The notes: generated by a model from the letters alone, not told the origin. Positions 31,770-42,357 are shown, numbered from the stretch's first letter. The stretch is DNA of 64,000 nucleotides from an uncultured Pontibacter sp. (GCF_947495565.1 NZ_CANLZM010000012.1:116689-180688); one strand, 5' to 3'. Program-made: numbers and translations.

Positions 31770-32843
31770 ATGAGTTTGATTGCAGATATAAATATCCTGA
31801 ATAAGAAGGACATCCGGAAGCTGTCGCTGGACGATCTGAAGGCGTGGCTGGTGGAGAACGGGGAGAAGCCTTTCCGTGCCAAACAAGTGTATGAGTGGCT
31901 CTGGAAGCACTCGGCACAGTCGTTTGCGGAGATGAACAACGTAAGCCTTGCCCTGCGCGAGAAGCTGGACCAGCACTTTACGGTAAATGCCGTGCAGGTG
32001 GCTACCCAGCAGCTGAGCAACGACGGCACCATAAAATCTGCCTTCAAACTGCACGATGCCCACATAGTGGAAGGCGTGCTGATTCCGCATGATGAGCGCA
32101 AAACCGCCTGCGTGAGCAGCCAGGTAGGGTGCTCGCTAACCTGCAAGTTCTGCGCCACCGGCTACATGGACCGCGTGCGCAACCTCGATGCCGCCGAGAT
32201 CTATGATCAGGTGGTGCGCATAAACGAGCAAAGTATGAAGCAGTACGGCCAGCCGCTTACAAACATTGTGTACATGGGTATGGGTGAACCGATGCTGAAC
32301 TACGCCAATGTAATGAAGAGCATTGAGCGCATTACGGCACACGATGGCTTGGGCATGGCTGCGCGCCGCATTACGGTTAGTACAGCAGGTATTGCTAAAA
32401 TGATCAAGAAGATGGCTGATGATGGCGTTAAGGCCAACCTGGCGCTGTCGCTGCATGCAGCCAACGATGAGAAGCGAAACCAGATCATGCCGATCAACGA
32501 GTCAAACTCGCTGGAAGCCCTGACAGATGCCCTGAAGCATTACCACCAGGTAACCGGCCGCAAGGTAACGTATGAGTACATTGTGTTCGATAACTTTAAC
32601 GACACTGCCGCCGATGCCGAAGACTTGCTGCGTTTCTCGAAAATCATCCCGTGCAAGATCAACATCATCGAGTATAACCCCATCGAGAACGCCGATTTCC
32701 AGAACACCGACGATGACCGCCTGCAGAAGTTCATTTACTACCTCGCCGACCGTGGCCTGCAGGTAAACGTGCGCCGCAGCCGTGGCAAAGACATTGACGC
32801 CGCCTGCGGACAGTTGGCCGTGAAGGAGAAGACAACAGCGTAG
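31770..32843 (+). CDS. rlmN: 23S rRNA/tRNA A2503 C2-methyltransferase
   Basis: CVSSQVGCSLTCKFC, MGMGEP, SLH, DIDAACGQL. Confidence 0.98.
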   Translation: MSLIADINILNKKDIRKLSLDDLKAWLVENGEKPFRAKQVYEWLWKHSAQSFAEMNNVSLALREKLDQHFTVNAVQVATQQLSNDGTIKSAFKLHDAHIVEGVLIPHDERKTACVSSQVGCSLTCKFCATGYMDRVRNLDAAEIYDQVVRINEQSMKQYGQPLTNIVYMGMGEPMLNYANVMKSIERITAHDGLGMAARRITVSTAGIAKMIKKMADDGVKANLALSLHAANDEKRNQIMPINESNSLEALTDALKHYHQVTGRKVTYEYIVFDNFNDTAADAEDLLRFSKIIPCKINIIEYNPIENADFQNTDDDRLQKFIYYLADRGLQVNVRRSRGKDIDAACGQLAVKEKTTA

Positions 32844-32928
32844 TCTGACGTATTTGGTAGCACGTATCAAGTAGCACGTATCAAGTAGCACGATTCACAC
32901 AGGAATTAATTACCCTGAGCAAAAGTAT

Positions 32929-32969
32929 AAAACCGGCTCCTGCGCTAACTATTCGCAGGAGCCGGTTTT
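32929..32969. terminator. Bidirectional terminator
   Basis: AAAACCGGCTCCTGCG/CGCAGGAGCCGGTTTT. Confidence 0.85.
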
Positions 32970-33024
32970 GCTATGTATAAACCTTACGTAATGCTAAAAG
33001 TCATGCCACGGGATACGTGAAAAT

Positions 33025-33987
33025 CTACCCTTTAAACCTGCCTTCGGCTTTTGGCCTGCCGGTGCCCTCCAGGTCTCTGGGCTTATCGGTAATCTCCCGC
33101 TCTTCCACAAACACGGCATGTTGCTTAGGAGTGATGCGCTGACCATACTTGCGGGCGTACTGCTGCGTAAACTCAGCCCCGAAAAATATAATCATAGAAG
33201 AGTAGTAGATCCACACAAGTATAAGTATGATGGAGCCTGCTGCGCCGTATGCAGATCCGGGGTTGGAGGTGCCAATGTACCAGCTGATCAAAAACTTACC
33301 AACTGTGAAAAGTATAGCTGTAATCAGTGCGCCGATCAAGGTGTCTTTCCAGCGGATATTGGCATCTGGCAAATATTTCATAATCAGAGCGAAAAGCAGC
33401 GTAATCAGGCCGATAGAAATGGCAAAGTCCAGTAGCTTGATTACCCAAACCCCAATGCCCGGAAGCAAATCCGATAAGTAGCCGCTCAGTACTGAGATAG
33501 CCGCACTTATCACAAAGGAAATCAGCATTAAAAGCGAAATGCTCAGAATCAGGCCAAAAGAAAAAACACGTTCTTTGGCCATGCGCAGGATGCCGCTGGT
33601 CGGTTTCACCTTCAGGTTCCAGACACTGTTGAGCGACTGCTGCAATGTTACAAAAAAGGTGGTAGAGGCAAAGATAAGCGTGCCGACACCTACCCACATG
33701 GCCCAACCCGTAGACTCGCTCGAGCTGGCATTCTGCACCATGGTTTGTATAGAGGCGGCAGCCTCAGGGCTTATAGCCGTAGACGCCTCCTCCTCCAGCT
33801 TCCCTGACACGGCCTCCTCCCCAAAGAAAAAGCCTGCCGCTTTAATAATAATGAGCAGTAGGGGCGGAATAGAGAAAATGGCATTGAAAGCCAGCGCAGC
33901 CGCCAGCCTGAGAGAGTAGGCCTCAAGGAAGCCATCCACAGATGTTTTCAGTAGCTGAAAGATTCCTGATAAAGTATATCTGGACAT
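33025..33987 (-). CDS. YihY/virulence factor BrkB family membrane protein
   Basis: LAAALAF..IFSIPPLL; YGAAGSIILILVWIYYS...FFGAEF. Confidence 0.93.
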   Translation of the reverse strand: MSRYTLSGIFQLLKTSVDGFLEAYSLRLAAALAFNAIFSIPPLLLIIIKAAGFFFGEEAVSGKLEEEASTAISPEAAASIQTMVQNASSSESTGWAMWVGVGTLIFASTTFFVTLQQSLNSVWNLKVKPTSGILRMAKERVFSFGLILSISLLMLISFVISAAISVLSGYLSDLLPGIGVWVIKLLDFAISIGLITLLFALIMKYLPDANIRWKDTLIGALITAILFTVGKFLISWYIGTSNPGSAYGAAGSIILILVWIYYSSMIIFFGAEFTQQYARKYGQRITPKQHAVFVEEREITDKPRDLEGTGRPKAEGRFKG

Positions 33988-34129
33988 AAGGCATTGGTCG
34001 AGTTTGGTATGGCTTTAGAGTACGCAACGGCTCTGCGTTAAGTTAAAATTGCGCCTCCTGCCTTACTATGGCGGCATCCTGCACAAGTATAAATGCGTAC
34101 ACGTGAGCGCACCTTTTAAATATGAACTC

Positions 34130-34873
34130 ATGCCAAAACCAAACCTGCTTCGCCCCTTCTTTTGCCTTTGCCTGCTGGTGCTGCCACTGCTTGCCGCCTG
34201 TGCCCAATCGCCCGACGACAAAGCCAAAAGTATTGCCCGTAAGGTAGTGGAAAACATGGGCGGGGAGGAAGGCTGGAGCGACACCCGCTACCTCGCCTGG
34301 ACTTTTAATAACCAATATCAAGTATGGGACAAGCACCAGAACCGGTTCCGCTGGGAAAAGGACAGCCTAGTAGCCATCATCAACACGCAAACAAAAGAGG
34401 GCAAAGTATACGCAGCCGGCAAAGAGCTGCAGGATGCGCAGGAGAAGCAGAAGCTGCTGGAGCGTGCCCATGCACTTTGGATAAACAATTCTTACTGGCT
34501 CGTGATGCCTTTTAAACTACAAGACCCAGGCGTAAATCTACGCTACATCGGTGAAGAAGAAACCATAGACGGCAAACAGGCGGATGTGCTGGAGATGACC
34601 TTTGAAAACGTAGGGCTAACGCCTCAGAATAAGTATAAAGTATGGGTGGATAAGGAGCAGGGGCTGGTAACGCAGTGGGCCTTTTTCCGGAACTATGAGG
34701 ATGCGGAACCTACCTTTACCCGTCGCTGGAGCGACTACCGAGACTACGGCAGCATTAAGCTAGCCAGCGACCGCAGCAATCCGCAAAGCGACTTTGAACT
34801 GTTCCATATCGCTGCCCCCGCCAAAGTGCCGGATAAGGTATTTAACAGCCCAAAGCCGATAGAGAAATTCTGA
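34130..34873 (+). CDS. Hypothetical lipoprotein
   Basis: Lipobox LLAAC; NNSYWLVMPFKL.DPG; ATG 34130 preferred over TTG 34049. Confidence 0.75.
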   Translation: MPKPNLLRPFFCLCLLVLPLLAACAQSPDDKAKSIARKVVENMGGEEGWSDTRYLAWTFNNQYQVWDKHQNRFRWEKDSLVAIINTQTKEGKVYAAGKELQDAQEKQKLLERAHALWINNSYWLVMPFKLQDPGVNLRYIGEEETIDGKQADVLEMTFENVGLTPQNKYKVWVDKEQGLVTQWAFFRNYEDAEPTFTRRWSDYRDYGSIKLASDRSNPQSDFELFHIAAPAKVPDKVFNSPKPIEKF

Positions 34874-34891
34874 CATTTGGTAAATAAACAG

Positions 34892-34948
34892 TTTATAAAA
34901 GACAAAGGACTTCTCTCTGCCTGAAAGAAATCCTTTGTCTTTTATAAA
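34892..34948. terminator. Bidirectional terminator
   Basis: 18-bp inverted repeat TTTATAAAAGACAAAGGA/TCCTTTGTCTTTTATAAA between convergent genes. Confidence 0.75.
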
Positions 34949-34967
34949 ACAGGCTTTTGCCTGGAAA

Positions 34968-36449
34968 CTACAACTTGTCTATTGTAGCGGTGAGCGTGCC
35001 TTTGGCGTTCACTACGGCTTTGATGCCATCCTGCGTCAGGTACAGGTTATCCGGCGTGATATCTTTTATACTTCCGCGCAGCAGCACCGACTCATGCACG
35101 CGGCCCTGCTTATCGAGGGAACTCTGCAGCATTTTACGGGCGTTTTCCAGCTCGTGCCTCACCGGGATGCTTACCTGCTGCTGTATCATCTGTTCAAATT
35201 TATTCTGGGCAAGCCAGCTGGCCGTGCTCAGTATCCGGTCTTTCGTGTCGAGGTCGTAGGCTACGTCGCGCACCTTTATAGAGGCAGTTTCAGCATCGTA
35301 ATACGGAGTACCGCGCAGGTATACTTTGCCCACAATCTTTTTAGTGAAAATGCCGGCCTTGGTTTTGCCGTTCACGTCCAGCATCAGCACCAGTTGGTTT
35401 CCGCTGGGCGTAATGGCTGCCTCATTTACCGTAATCTCGCTCTTGCCGCCGTCAAACTTGTATGTCTGTTTTGCCACCTGCTCCTGCACCATTTTACTGG
35501 CGTGAGCATACGGGATGTTGGCGGTTAAGCCAATCTGTATGTCATCGCTCATGCGGCTGTCCAAAATCAGCTTTGGCAGTTTTTTGTTTACCTGCACCTG
35601 CGGTTTTCCGTCTGTGGTAACAGTTATGTAGGAGGTGATGCCGAGGCGGGTGTTCAGGTTGCCGTTTTGAGCCAGCAGCGGAGCCATGCGTACTTCCTGC
35701 GGCACTACAGTTAGCCAGGCATTCAAGTTATCATCCAGCTTTACAGGCTCCTGCAGCTGCTGCCATGCGTCAGCAATATATTTTTTTACGTCCAGACGGC
35801 TCTGCAGCTCCTTGTCCAGCTGCTTCGAAAGCGTTGCCATTTGCTGGCGCATAGCCGGCTCTACAAAGCGTGCAAGCCCTATTTTAAGAGGTCCGAGCTC
35901 CAGTACCGGCTTGGTATTGCCCCACTCAAAGTCTCCGCTGGTGCTTGTGCTGATCTTGTAATCTTCTGTTAACCCGACCCTGCTTTCGGTTTTGATGATC
36001 ATATCGAACGTGGTGTCCTCGGTTTTGTCGATGGAAGGGCAGAGTTTGCACGGGTCCCACTTCCAGCGGCCCTTGGCGTAGATGCGGAGCGGCACCGAAA
36101 AGTATACTTTATCTTTCTCGGCGCGCATGCTCAGGTTGCCGTTTTTGGTAACGGTTACCGCAATGTTATCATCACTCAGGTTGGTGTCTTTGTACAAAGT
36201 GCCGGCTATCTCCTGGTTCAGCTTAGCCTCCATGGCCGCCACTGATATGGAAACCGGCACGGTGATGGACGAAAGCTGCGGCCTATAAGCAGGCGCAGCC
36301 GAGGCAATGGCAGCAGGTGCGGCTGTGTTCAGTTTATCGGTGCTGGAGCAGCCGGGTATAATAAAGGCAGAGGCTACTGTCAGGAGTAGCACAGGCAATG
36401 TTCGTAAGATTTTTGGAGTCACGTGTGAGCTGATTAAAAAGCCGCGCAA
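34968..36449 (-). CDS. DUF4403-like lipoprotein (start uncertain)
   Basis: Long ORF with leader ending IPGC; beta-rich tubular-lipid-binding-like composition. Confidence 0.7.
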   Translation of the reverse strand: MRGFLISSHVTPKILRTLPVLLLTVASAFIIPGCSSTDKLNTAAPAAIASAAPAYRPQLSSITVPVSISVAAMEAKLNQEIAGTLYKDTNLSDDNIAVTVTKNGNLSMRAEKDKVYFSVPLRIYAKGRWKWDPCKLCPSIDKTEDTTFDMIIKTESRVGLTEDYKISTSTSGDFEWGNTKPVLELGPLKIGLARFVEPAMRQQMATLSKQLDKELQSRLDVKKYIADAWQQLQEPVKLDDNLNAWLTVVPQEVRMAPLLAQNGNLNTRLGITSYITVTTDGKPQVQVNKKLPKLILDSRMSDDIQIGLTANIPYAHASKMVQEQVAKQTYKFDGGKSEITVNEAAITPSGNQLVLMLDVNGKTKAGIFTKKIVGKVYLRGTPYYDAETASIKVRDVAYDLDTKDRILSTASWLAQNKFEQMIQQQVSIPVRHELENARKMLQSSLDKQGRVHESVLLRGSIKDITPDNLYLTQDGIKAVVNAKGTLTATIDKL

Positions 36450-36506
36450 GGTAGCACAGGTTTTCCGTAACAGCTAGAAAGTAAGGGACGTTCCTTTAAA
36501 ATAAGA

Positions 36507-36830
36507 TCAGTTAATTTGAAGCAGCCGCTGCAGCATCTCCCGCAGCTCCTCCTCTGTGGCTGCTATGCCACAATCTGCTAAAGTGCCTTTGCGGTAGGTG
36601 GCAAAAAAAGGCGTGCCTTTTAGTTTTACCTCTTTGCTGGATACCGGGTTTTCGTTGGCGCTCATGCGCAGAAAGGTAATTTCGCTGTAATTGGGCTCTT
36701 TAGACAGTAATTTATACTTCGGCTCCATTACTTTGCATACCGGGCAGTTTTCAGCCGTGAATTTCACGATTACCTTATCCCGTTCAAAAATCAGTTTCCG
36801 TAGCTCGTTGTCGTTTGATTCTGTTACCAT
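36507..36830 (-). CDS. Thioredoxin family protein
   Basis: KFTAENCPVC CxxC motif; GTPFF cis-Pro loop. Confidence 0.88.
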   Translation of the reverse strand: MVTESNDNELRKLIFERDKVIVKFTAENCPVCKVMEPKYKLLSKEPNYSEITFLRMSANENPVSSKEVKLKGTPFFATYRKGTLADCGIAATEEELREMLQRLLQIN

Positions 36831-36991
36831 TGTAGTCTCTTTGGCCGGCAGTATGGCCGGTTACAGAAGTATAGACGTAGATTCAGAAATATGGGTTAAA
36901 GCAGATATTTAGCGGGGCAAGAAGAGGTCTGTAAAAAAACAAGGGCAGCAATTGTGGTTGCTGCCCTTGCCGTAGCGGGTATAAAATTTTT

Positions 36992-37639
36992 TTAGAAAGC
37001 AAACCCGATTCTTAAGCCACCGGTTGTAAAGGTGCTGAAATTGATGCCATTGTAACCATCCATGTTGGAGTTTCTGGTGAAGTCGCTTTTATATTTCACT
37101 TCTACATCGCTGTATTTTCTGTAAGCAAGACCAACGCCAGCTTCAAAGCCGATGTAAAAGTTCTTCGCAACATAAAAATCCACACCTGCCAGGCCATCCA
37201 CCCCAATTGAGAATTTGGATCTGTCATACCCATGCTCTGAGGTCGCCCCTTTGATTTCGGAATATTCGCTTTCAAATTTGCTGCCTGTAAGGCTAATAGG
37301 TACAGCAAAACCAAGGTATGGGGAAAGTCTGTTTGTGCCGGCAAAGTGCTTTTCAAAACCTGGGGCAAAACTTATTGTCAGGCTGGAGCTGCTAGCGTCG
37401 TCTGCCAATTTATCATAATCATAGGAGATGCCAGCAGTATAGCGGACGGCTTTTTGCTCTGAGGTAAACTTGCGCAGCTTTATTTGTGTGGAGGCGCCGC
37501 CGAAAAAGTTTAAAGTAGCTTCCAGGGTCTTATTGCCTGTTACTGGCTTTAAAGTTTCTTGTTCTGCAACTTGTGCGTTGGCAGCAAAGGAGAGGCCGCA
37601 GGCAAGGGCCAGCAGGGTAAGTTTGTTTTTCATCTTCAT
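36992..37639 (-). CDS. Small outer-membrane beta-barrel protein
   Basis: Signal peptide; alternating aromatic/Gly strands; C-terminal RIGFAF. Confidence 0.85.
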   Translation of the reverse strand: MKMKNKLTLLALACGLSFAANAQVAEQETLKPVTGNKTLEATLNFFGGASTQIKLRKFTSEQKAVRYTAGISYDYDKLADDASSSSLTISFAPGFEKHFAGTNRLSPYLGFAVPISLTGSKFESEYSEIKGATSEHGYDRSKFSIGVDGLAGVDFYVAKNFYIGFEAGVGLAYRKYSDVEVKYKSDFTRNSNMDGYNGINFSTFTTGGLRIGFAF

Positions 37640-37704
37640 TTGAATAGGTTTAAATTATACTATCCAAATATAGTAAATTTCTTATTTCCGGTAAGTATGG
37701 CTTC

Positions 37705-38430
37705 TTATTTTTCCAGCATCCACTTTTTATACTTTACCTCCGCCTGATGCAGTGCCTGCGCCAGCTCCTTGTCGTTTTTAAACTGCAGCTGCTCCAGCAC
37801 CCGGTACTCTGCCTGCACCTCCAGCCGCTGCTGTGCAAACGGCCAAGGTTCCACGTGTACCGTTTCGGTGTTCAGCTGCTTTATAAAGTATACTTCTTCA
37901 TTCGGTCCGGTAGTGATCTCCAGCGTACGCTCATCGGCAGGAAGTTCGTTGCGGCAAAGTATAAGCGAGAGGCGGTCGCACCACTGCATAATAGCGTAAG
38001 CCTGTTTAGCCTCTTTTTGCGTGATGCCTATACTTTTAAAGCAGTTCTGCTGTAGCTCCTGCTGCTCATCGAGAAAGGTATCAGTAGCTTTGCTCTCGCC
38101 GCGACGGCTCTCGTAGAGGTAGCTCATGTGCATGGAAGTGAGCAACGCTACCCAGCGGCTCTGAAAGCGGACGGCATGCATGAGTGCTTTTGCCTGCTCC
38201 AGCGTGTTGGGCTGCAGTGTAAAATCAGCGGGGGCTCCGGCGGGCGTAAGTCCGTCTTGTCCGCGCCAGGTGCGCTGGCGGTTATCATGGTTGGCAATGG
38301 CTACCAGTGTTTCCACCCAATGCGCGCACTGCAGTTCCGGTTTTAACTGGTGCGCCAGCTCAGCGGCCAGTATGCCGTGCGCCTGCTGGTAAATTACCTC
38401 CCAGCCTTCGGGTATAGCGTTTACAATCAT
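37705..38430 (-). CDS. DUF3891-like protein
   Basis: Q..HG.LAAELA, AIANHD, WCDRLSL.LC motifs. Confidence 0.8.
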   Translation of the reverse strand: MIVNAIPEGWEVIYQQAHGILAAELAHQLKPELQCAHWVETLVAIANHDNRQRTWRGQDGLTPAGAPADFTLQPNTLEQAKALMHAVRFQSRWVALLTSMHMSYLYESRRGESKATDTFLDEQQELQQNCFKSIGITQKEAKQAYAIMQWCDRLSLILCRNELPADERTLEITTGPNEEVYFIKQLNTETVHVEPWPFAQQRLEVQAEYRVLEQLQFKNDKELAQALHQAEVKYKKWMLEK

Positions 38431-38543
38431 AGTTTATACTTTGCTGCAAGTATAAACTGCACTGGCGGCGTAAAGTTGGGGTAAATAAGAAAGGCGATGC
38501 TTCCGCACCGCCTTTTCCTGTAGTTTATACTTTTGGGCTATAG

Positions 38544-39518
38544 TTATACAGCCTGCTCCTGCTTCATCTTCTTCAGGTTTAGCAGCATGTCCTCTGTCAT
38601 GGCGTCCAGAGTATAGTTCGGGCTCCAGCCCCAATCCTGCTGGGCGGCGCTGTCGTCTATACTTTGTGGCCAGGAGTCGGCAATCTGCTGGCGCGAATCA
38701 GGCTTGTATGCAATCTCAAAGTCCGGAATGTGCTTTCTGATGGAAGCCGCTATTTCCTTAGGAGAGAAACTCATGGCGCTCAGGTTATAGGAATCGCGTA
38801 CTTTTACCTGCTCTGCCGGTGCATGCATCAGGTCGATGGTGGCTTTGAGGGCGTCGGGCATGTACATCATCGGCAGGTAGGTGTCTTCGCTCAGGAAGCA
38901 CTCAAAAGTCTCCCCCTCCAGCGCCTTGTGGTAAATATCCACGGCGTAATCGGTGGTGCCGCCGCCGGGTAAGGCTTTGTACCCGATCAGGCCAGGGTAG
39001 CGCAGGCTACGCACATCCAGGCCATACTTCTGAAAGTAATATTCGCACCAGCGCTCACCAGCCTGTTTGCTGATGCCGTACACAGTATTCGGGTCCATGA
39101 TGGTTTGCTGCGGCGTGTTCTGGCGCGGCGTGCTCGGTCCGAAACAGGCGATGGAGCTAGGCCAGTACACACGGCCAACTTTATGCTCCAGGGCCAGGTC
39201 CAGCACGTTAAAAAGGCCATCCATGTTCAGCTTCCAGGCAAACTTGGGGTTCTTCTCACCGGTTGCCGACAACACTGCCGCCAGGTGGTAAATCTGAGTG
39301 AATTTATACTTTGCAGCCAGATCGGCCAATACTTTTGTGTCCAGCACATCCACCTTCTCAAAAGGGCCCGAGTCGCGCAGGTCAGCCTGTTTGGGTGGGG
39401 CAATGTCTGCCGCTACCACGTTTGCTTCTCCATACATGTTGCGCAGCTCCATTGTTAGTTCAGAGCCCAGCTGCCCGCAGGCACCAATCACCAATACCGT
39501 ATCACTTGTGTTTGCCAT
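38544..39518 (-). CDS. tdh: SDR-type (GalE-like) L-threonine 3-dehydrogenase
   Basis: GACGQLG NAD motif, HLAAVLSATGE, YGISK, GGGTTDYAV, MMYMPD; kbl nearby. Confidence 0.85.
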   Translation of the reverse strand: MANTSDTVLVIGACGQLGSELTMELRNMYGEANVVAADIAPPKQADLRDSGPFEKVDVLDTKVLADLAAKYKFTQIYHLAAVLSATGEKNPKFAWKLNMDGLFNVLDLALEHKVGRVYWPSSIACFGPSTPRQNTPQQTIMDPNTVYGISKQAGERWCEYYFQKYGLDVRSLRYPGLIGYKALPGGGTTDYAVDIYHKALEGETFECFLSEDTYLPMMYMPDALKATIDLMHAPAEQVKVRDSYNLSAMSFSPKEIAASIRKHIPDFEIAYKPDSRQQIADSWPQSIDDSAAQQDWGWSPNYTLDAMTEDMLLNLKKMKQEQAV

Positions 39519-39898
39519 AGCGAAATAAGAATTCTTTGTACAAAGTAACCGAATTCAGTGCAATCCAAAAAATATACTTCAGAAGAAAGGAGGGGCGGGA
39601 GGCTGGCGGAAACAACAAAAACAAGAGAAGCCGCCCACAAACTGTCAGCAGCCTCTCATCAACCTAATCTAAACTAATCTTTATTTCACCTTGCAACAAA
39701 GGTAACCTGCGTTTAGGCTTGCTAAAAGGGGCTGAAGCAGAATTAATAATTAGATAACTGAGCTTAAACTATCGGTAACCTGTGGCGGACGCGGCAGGCG
39801 GATTTTCTTATATTTGTAAGGATGCCACGATGAAACGGCGGATTAATAGCCTATTTGCACCCGAAACCGTAAATTGCGGCATCAAAGGCCTGTATAGC

Positions 39899-41089
39899 AT
39901 GACGTTTGAAGAGTACCTGATTAAGAAGCGGATAAATAAAGCGGCTTTTGCGGCTGCAGACCCGGCACGCTTTGCGGCGTGGCAGGATATGTACGCCCAG
40001 ATGCACCCGAACAGCTTTCAGGTGCAGGTAAAGATGGTGCTGAACGATGTGCGCCTGCGCTACCACCTGGCCGAAGAGGATATTCCAAAGGCTGAGCCAG
40101 CCGCTGCACGCCCGGCCGTGGCAAGAAGAGCGGTTGCCGCTAAGCCTGCCGCAGGGGCAACCACGGCAGCAACGGAAGACAGCAACCCGAAACCTGTAGT
40201 GCGCAGACCTGCCGCTATGCAAAAAACTGCAGCAAGTGAGGCCGCAGAAAAACCAGCCACAGAAGCAAGCGGAGCAGAGGATACAAAACCGGCCGTAAGG
40301 CCAAGACCTGTGGTAAAACGCCCTGTTATACCAAAGCCAGCTGCGGCAGAAGGCACTGAAAAACCGGCAAGCTCTGACACCGAAAAGCCAGCTGCTCGTC
40401 CGCGCCCAGTCATCAAACGCCCTGCCGCGCTGCAGAAGACAGAGGGAAAAAGCTCGGCACCAGCATCAGAGGAAAGTATAAAACCAGCAACTGAGGAAGC
40501 TTCGGCGGCTAAGCCAGCACGGCCAAGACCGGTGATAAAGCGGCCTGCGGCATTGCAGAAGCCTAAACCTGAAGAGGAGCAGCCACAGCAGGAGCAGACT
40601 CCCGGTGAAGTTGATAACACACCTAAGCCGCCCCGGCCACGACCGGTTATCAAACGGCCAGCTGCCTTACAGAAACCGCAGGAGGAGGAGGAAAAGCCTG
40701 AGCCATCAGCAGGGCAGCCAGTTGAAGAGGCCACAGCAAAGCCACCGCGTCCGCGCCCGGTAGCACTGCAGAAGCCAAAGGAAGAGCAGCCGACGCAGGA
40801 AGAGCAAAGTGTACCAGCTACCAATGCGCCTGTACCTGCCGCTGAAGACAAGCCAAAGCCGCCACGCCCAAGGCCAGTTATGAAACGGCCGGTAGCGTTA
40901 CAGAAACCACCTGCTGAGGCATCAGAAACGGAACGTGCAAGTATAGACCAAGCTGAAAATAAAGCAGCAGCACCTGAGAAAACCGATGCTGCAGAGGAAC
41001 CCCCACCGCCAAAGCCTGCGCGGCCAAGGCCAATCATGCGTAAGCCACCGCCAAAGCCCGACGACACCGGCGAGGCAACCGGCCTGTAA
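39899..41089 (+). CDS. Hypothetical protein: short folded N-domain plus long Pro/Arg-rich repeat tail
   Basis: MTFEEYLIKKRI...RYHL then about 8 copies of KPxRPRPV(I/M)KRPAALQK-like units; ATG 39829 is an alternative start. Confidence 0.8.
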   Translation: MTFEEYLIKKRINKAAFAAADPARFAAWQDMYAQMHPNSFQVQVKMVLNDVRLRYHLAEEDIPKAEPAAARPAVARRAVAAKPAAGATTAATEDSNPKPVVRRPAAMQKTAASEAAEKPATEASGAEDTKPAVRPRPVVKRPVIPKPAAAEGTEKPASSDTEKPAARPRPVIKRPAALQKTEGKSSAPASEESIKPATEEASAAKPARPRPVIKRPAALQKPKPEEEQPQQEQTPGEVDNTPKPPRPRPVIKRPAALQKPQEEEEKPEPSAGQPVEEATAKPPRPRPVALQKPKEEQPTQEEQSVPATNAPVPAAEDKPKPPRPRPVMKRPVALQKPPAEASETERASIDQAENKAAAPEKTDAAEEPPPPKPARPRPIMRKPPPKPDDTGEATGL

Positions 41090-41140
41090 GCATACTATAA
41101 AAGAGAAAACAACGAGCAACGTATAACGAGAAACGAAACT

Positions 41141-42331
41141 ATGTACGAGACTTTAAAACCAGACTTAGAACAGCAGCTTGCCGAGATAAAAGAGGCGGGT
41201 TTGTATAAACAAGAGCGAATCATCACCACGCCGCAGGGCGCTGATATCGACACCACGCAGATGCACCACGTGCTTAACTTTTGCGCCAACAACTACCTGG
41301 GCCTGTCGGCACACCCGAGGGTGATCGAGGCTGCCAAAGAAGCGATCGATACGCACGGCTACGGCATGAGCTCGGTGCGCTTTATCTGTGGCACCCAGGA
41401 CATCCACAAGGAACTGGAGCGTAAGATTTCAGAATTCCTCGGCACCGAGGATACTATACTTTACGCAGCCGCTTTCGATGCCAACGGAGGTGTTTTCGAG
41501 CCGCTCTTTGATGCAGAATCAGCCATTATCTCTGATGCCCTGAACCATGCCTCTATTATTGATGGCGTGCGCCTGTGCAAAGCACAGCGATTCCGCTATA
41601 ACCACAACGACATGGAGGACCTGGAGGCGAAGCTGCAGGAGGCACAGGGAGCAAAGCACCGCATCATCGTAACGGATGGTGCTTTCTCAATGGATGGCAC
41701 TGTAGCGCAGCTGGACAAGATTGTGGAACTGGCCGATAAGTATAAAGCCCTGATTATGGTGGATGATTGCCACAGCTCTGGCTTTATGGGCAAGACTGGC
41801 CGCGGCACGCACGAATACCACAACGTAGTGGGCAAAATCGACATCATTACAGGCACGCTGGGCAAGGCGCTTGGCGGCGCGATGGGCGGTTTTACCTCCG
41901 GCCGAAAAGAGATCATCGATATGCTGCGCCAGCGTTCGCGCCCATACTTGTTCTCTAACTCGCTGGCTCCGTCTATTGTGGGCGCATCTATAGCGGTGCT
42001 GGACCTGCTGAGCTCTACCACCGAGCTGCGCGACAAGCTGGAGTGGAACACCAAATATTTCCGTGAGCAGATTACAGCAGCCGGTTTCGACATTAAACCT
42101 GGCGACCACCCGATTGTGCCGGTCATGCTTTATGAGGCCCCGCTGGCGCAGGAATTTGCAGCCCGCATGCTGGATAAAGGCATTTATGTGATTGGCTTCT
42201 ACTACCCGGTAGTGCCAAAAGGACAAGCGCGCATCCGTGTGCAGCTATCCGCCGTGCACGACAAAGAGCATATCGACAAATGTATTGCCGCTTTCGTGGA
42301 AGTGGGCAAAGAGCTTGGTGTAATCAAGTAA
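41141..42331 (+). CDS. kbl: Glycine C-acetyltransferase (2-amino-3-ketobutyrate CoA ligase)
   Basis: [42 protein letters not shown]. Confidence 0.97.
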   Translation: MYETLKPDLEQQLAEIKEAGLYKQERIITTPQGADIDTTQMHHVLNFCANNYLGLSAHPRVIEAAKEAIDTHGYGMSSVRFICGTQDIHKELERKISEFLGTEDTILYAAAFDANGGVFEPLFDAESAIISDALNHASIIDGVRLCKAQRFRYNHNDMEDLEAKLQEAQGAKHRIIVTDGAFSMDGTVAQLDKIVELADKYKALIMVDDCHSSGFMGKTGRGTHEYHNVVGKIDIITGTLGKALGGAMGGFTSGRKEIIDMLRQRSRPYLFSNSLAPSIVGASIAVLDLLSSTTELRDKLEWNTKYFREQITAAGFDIKPGDHPIVPVMLYEAPLAQEFAARMLDKGIYVIGFYYPVVPKGQARIRVQLSAVHDKEHIDKCIAAFVEVGKELGVIK

Positions 42332-42357
42332 GTATAAACCCATACTTCAAGTATAGA

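Noticed and set aside
40060-41067. 335-aa minus-strand ORF (also 755-1204, 62160-63173 and most other overlapping track ORFs)
   Set aside because: Antisense shadows of real genes; they lack independent motifs and arise from codon bias or low complexity.
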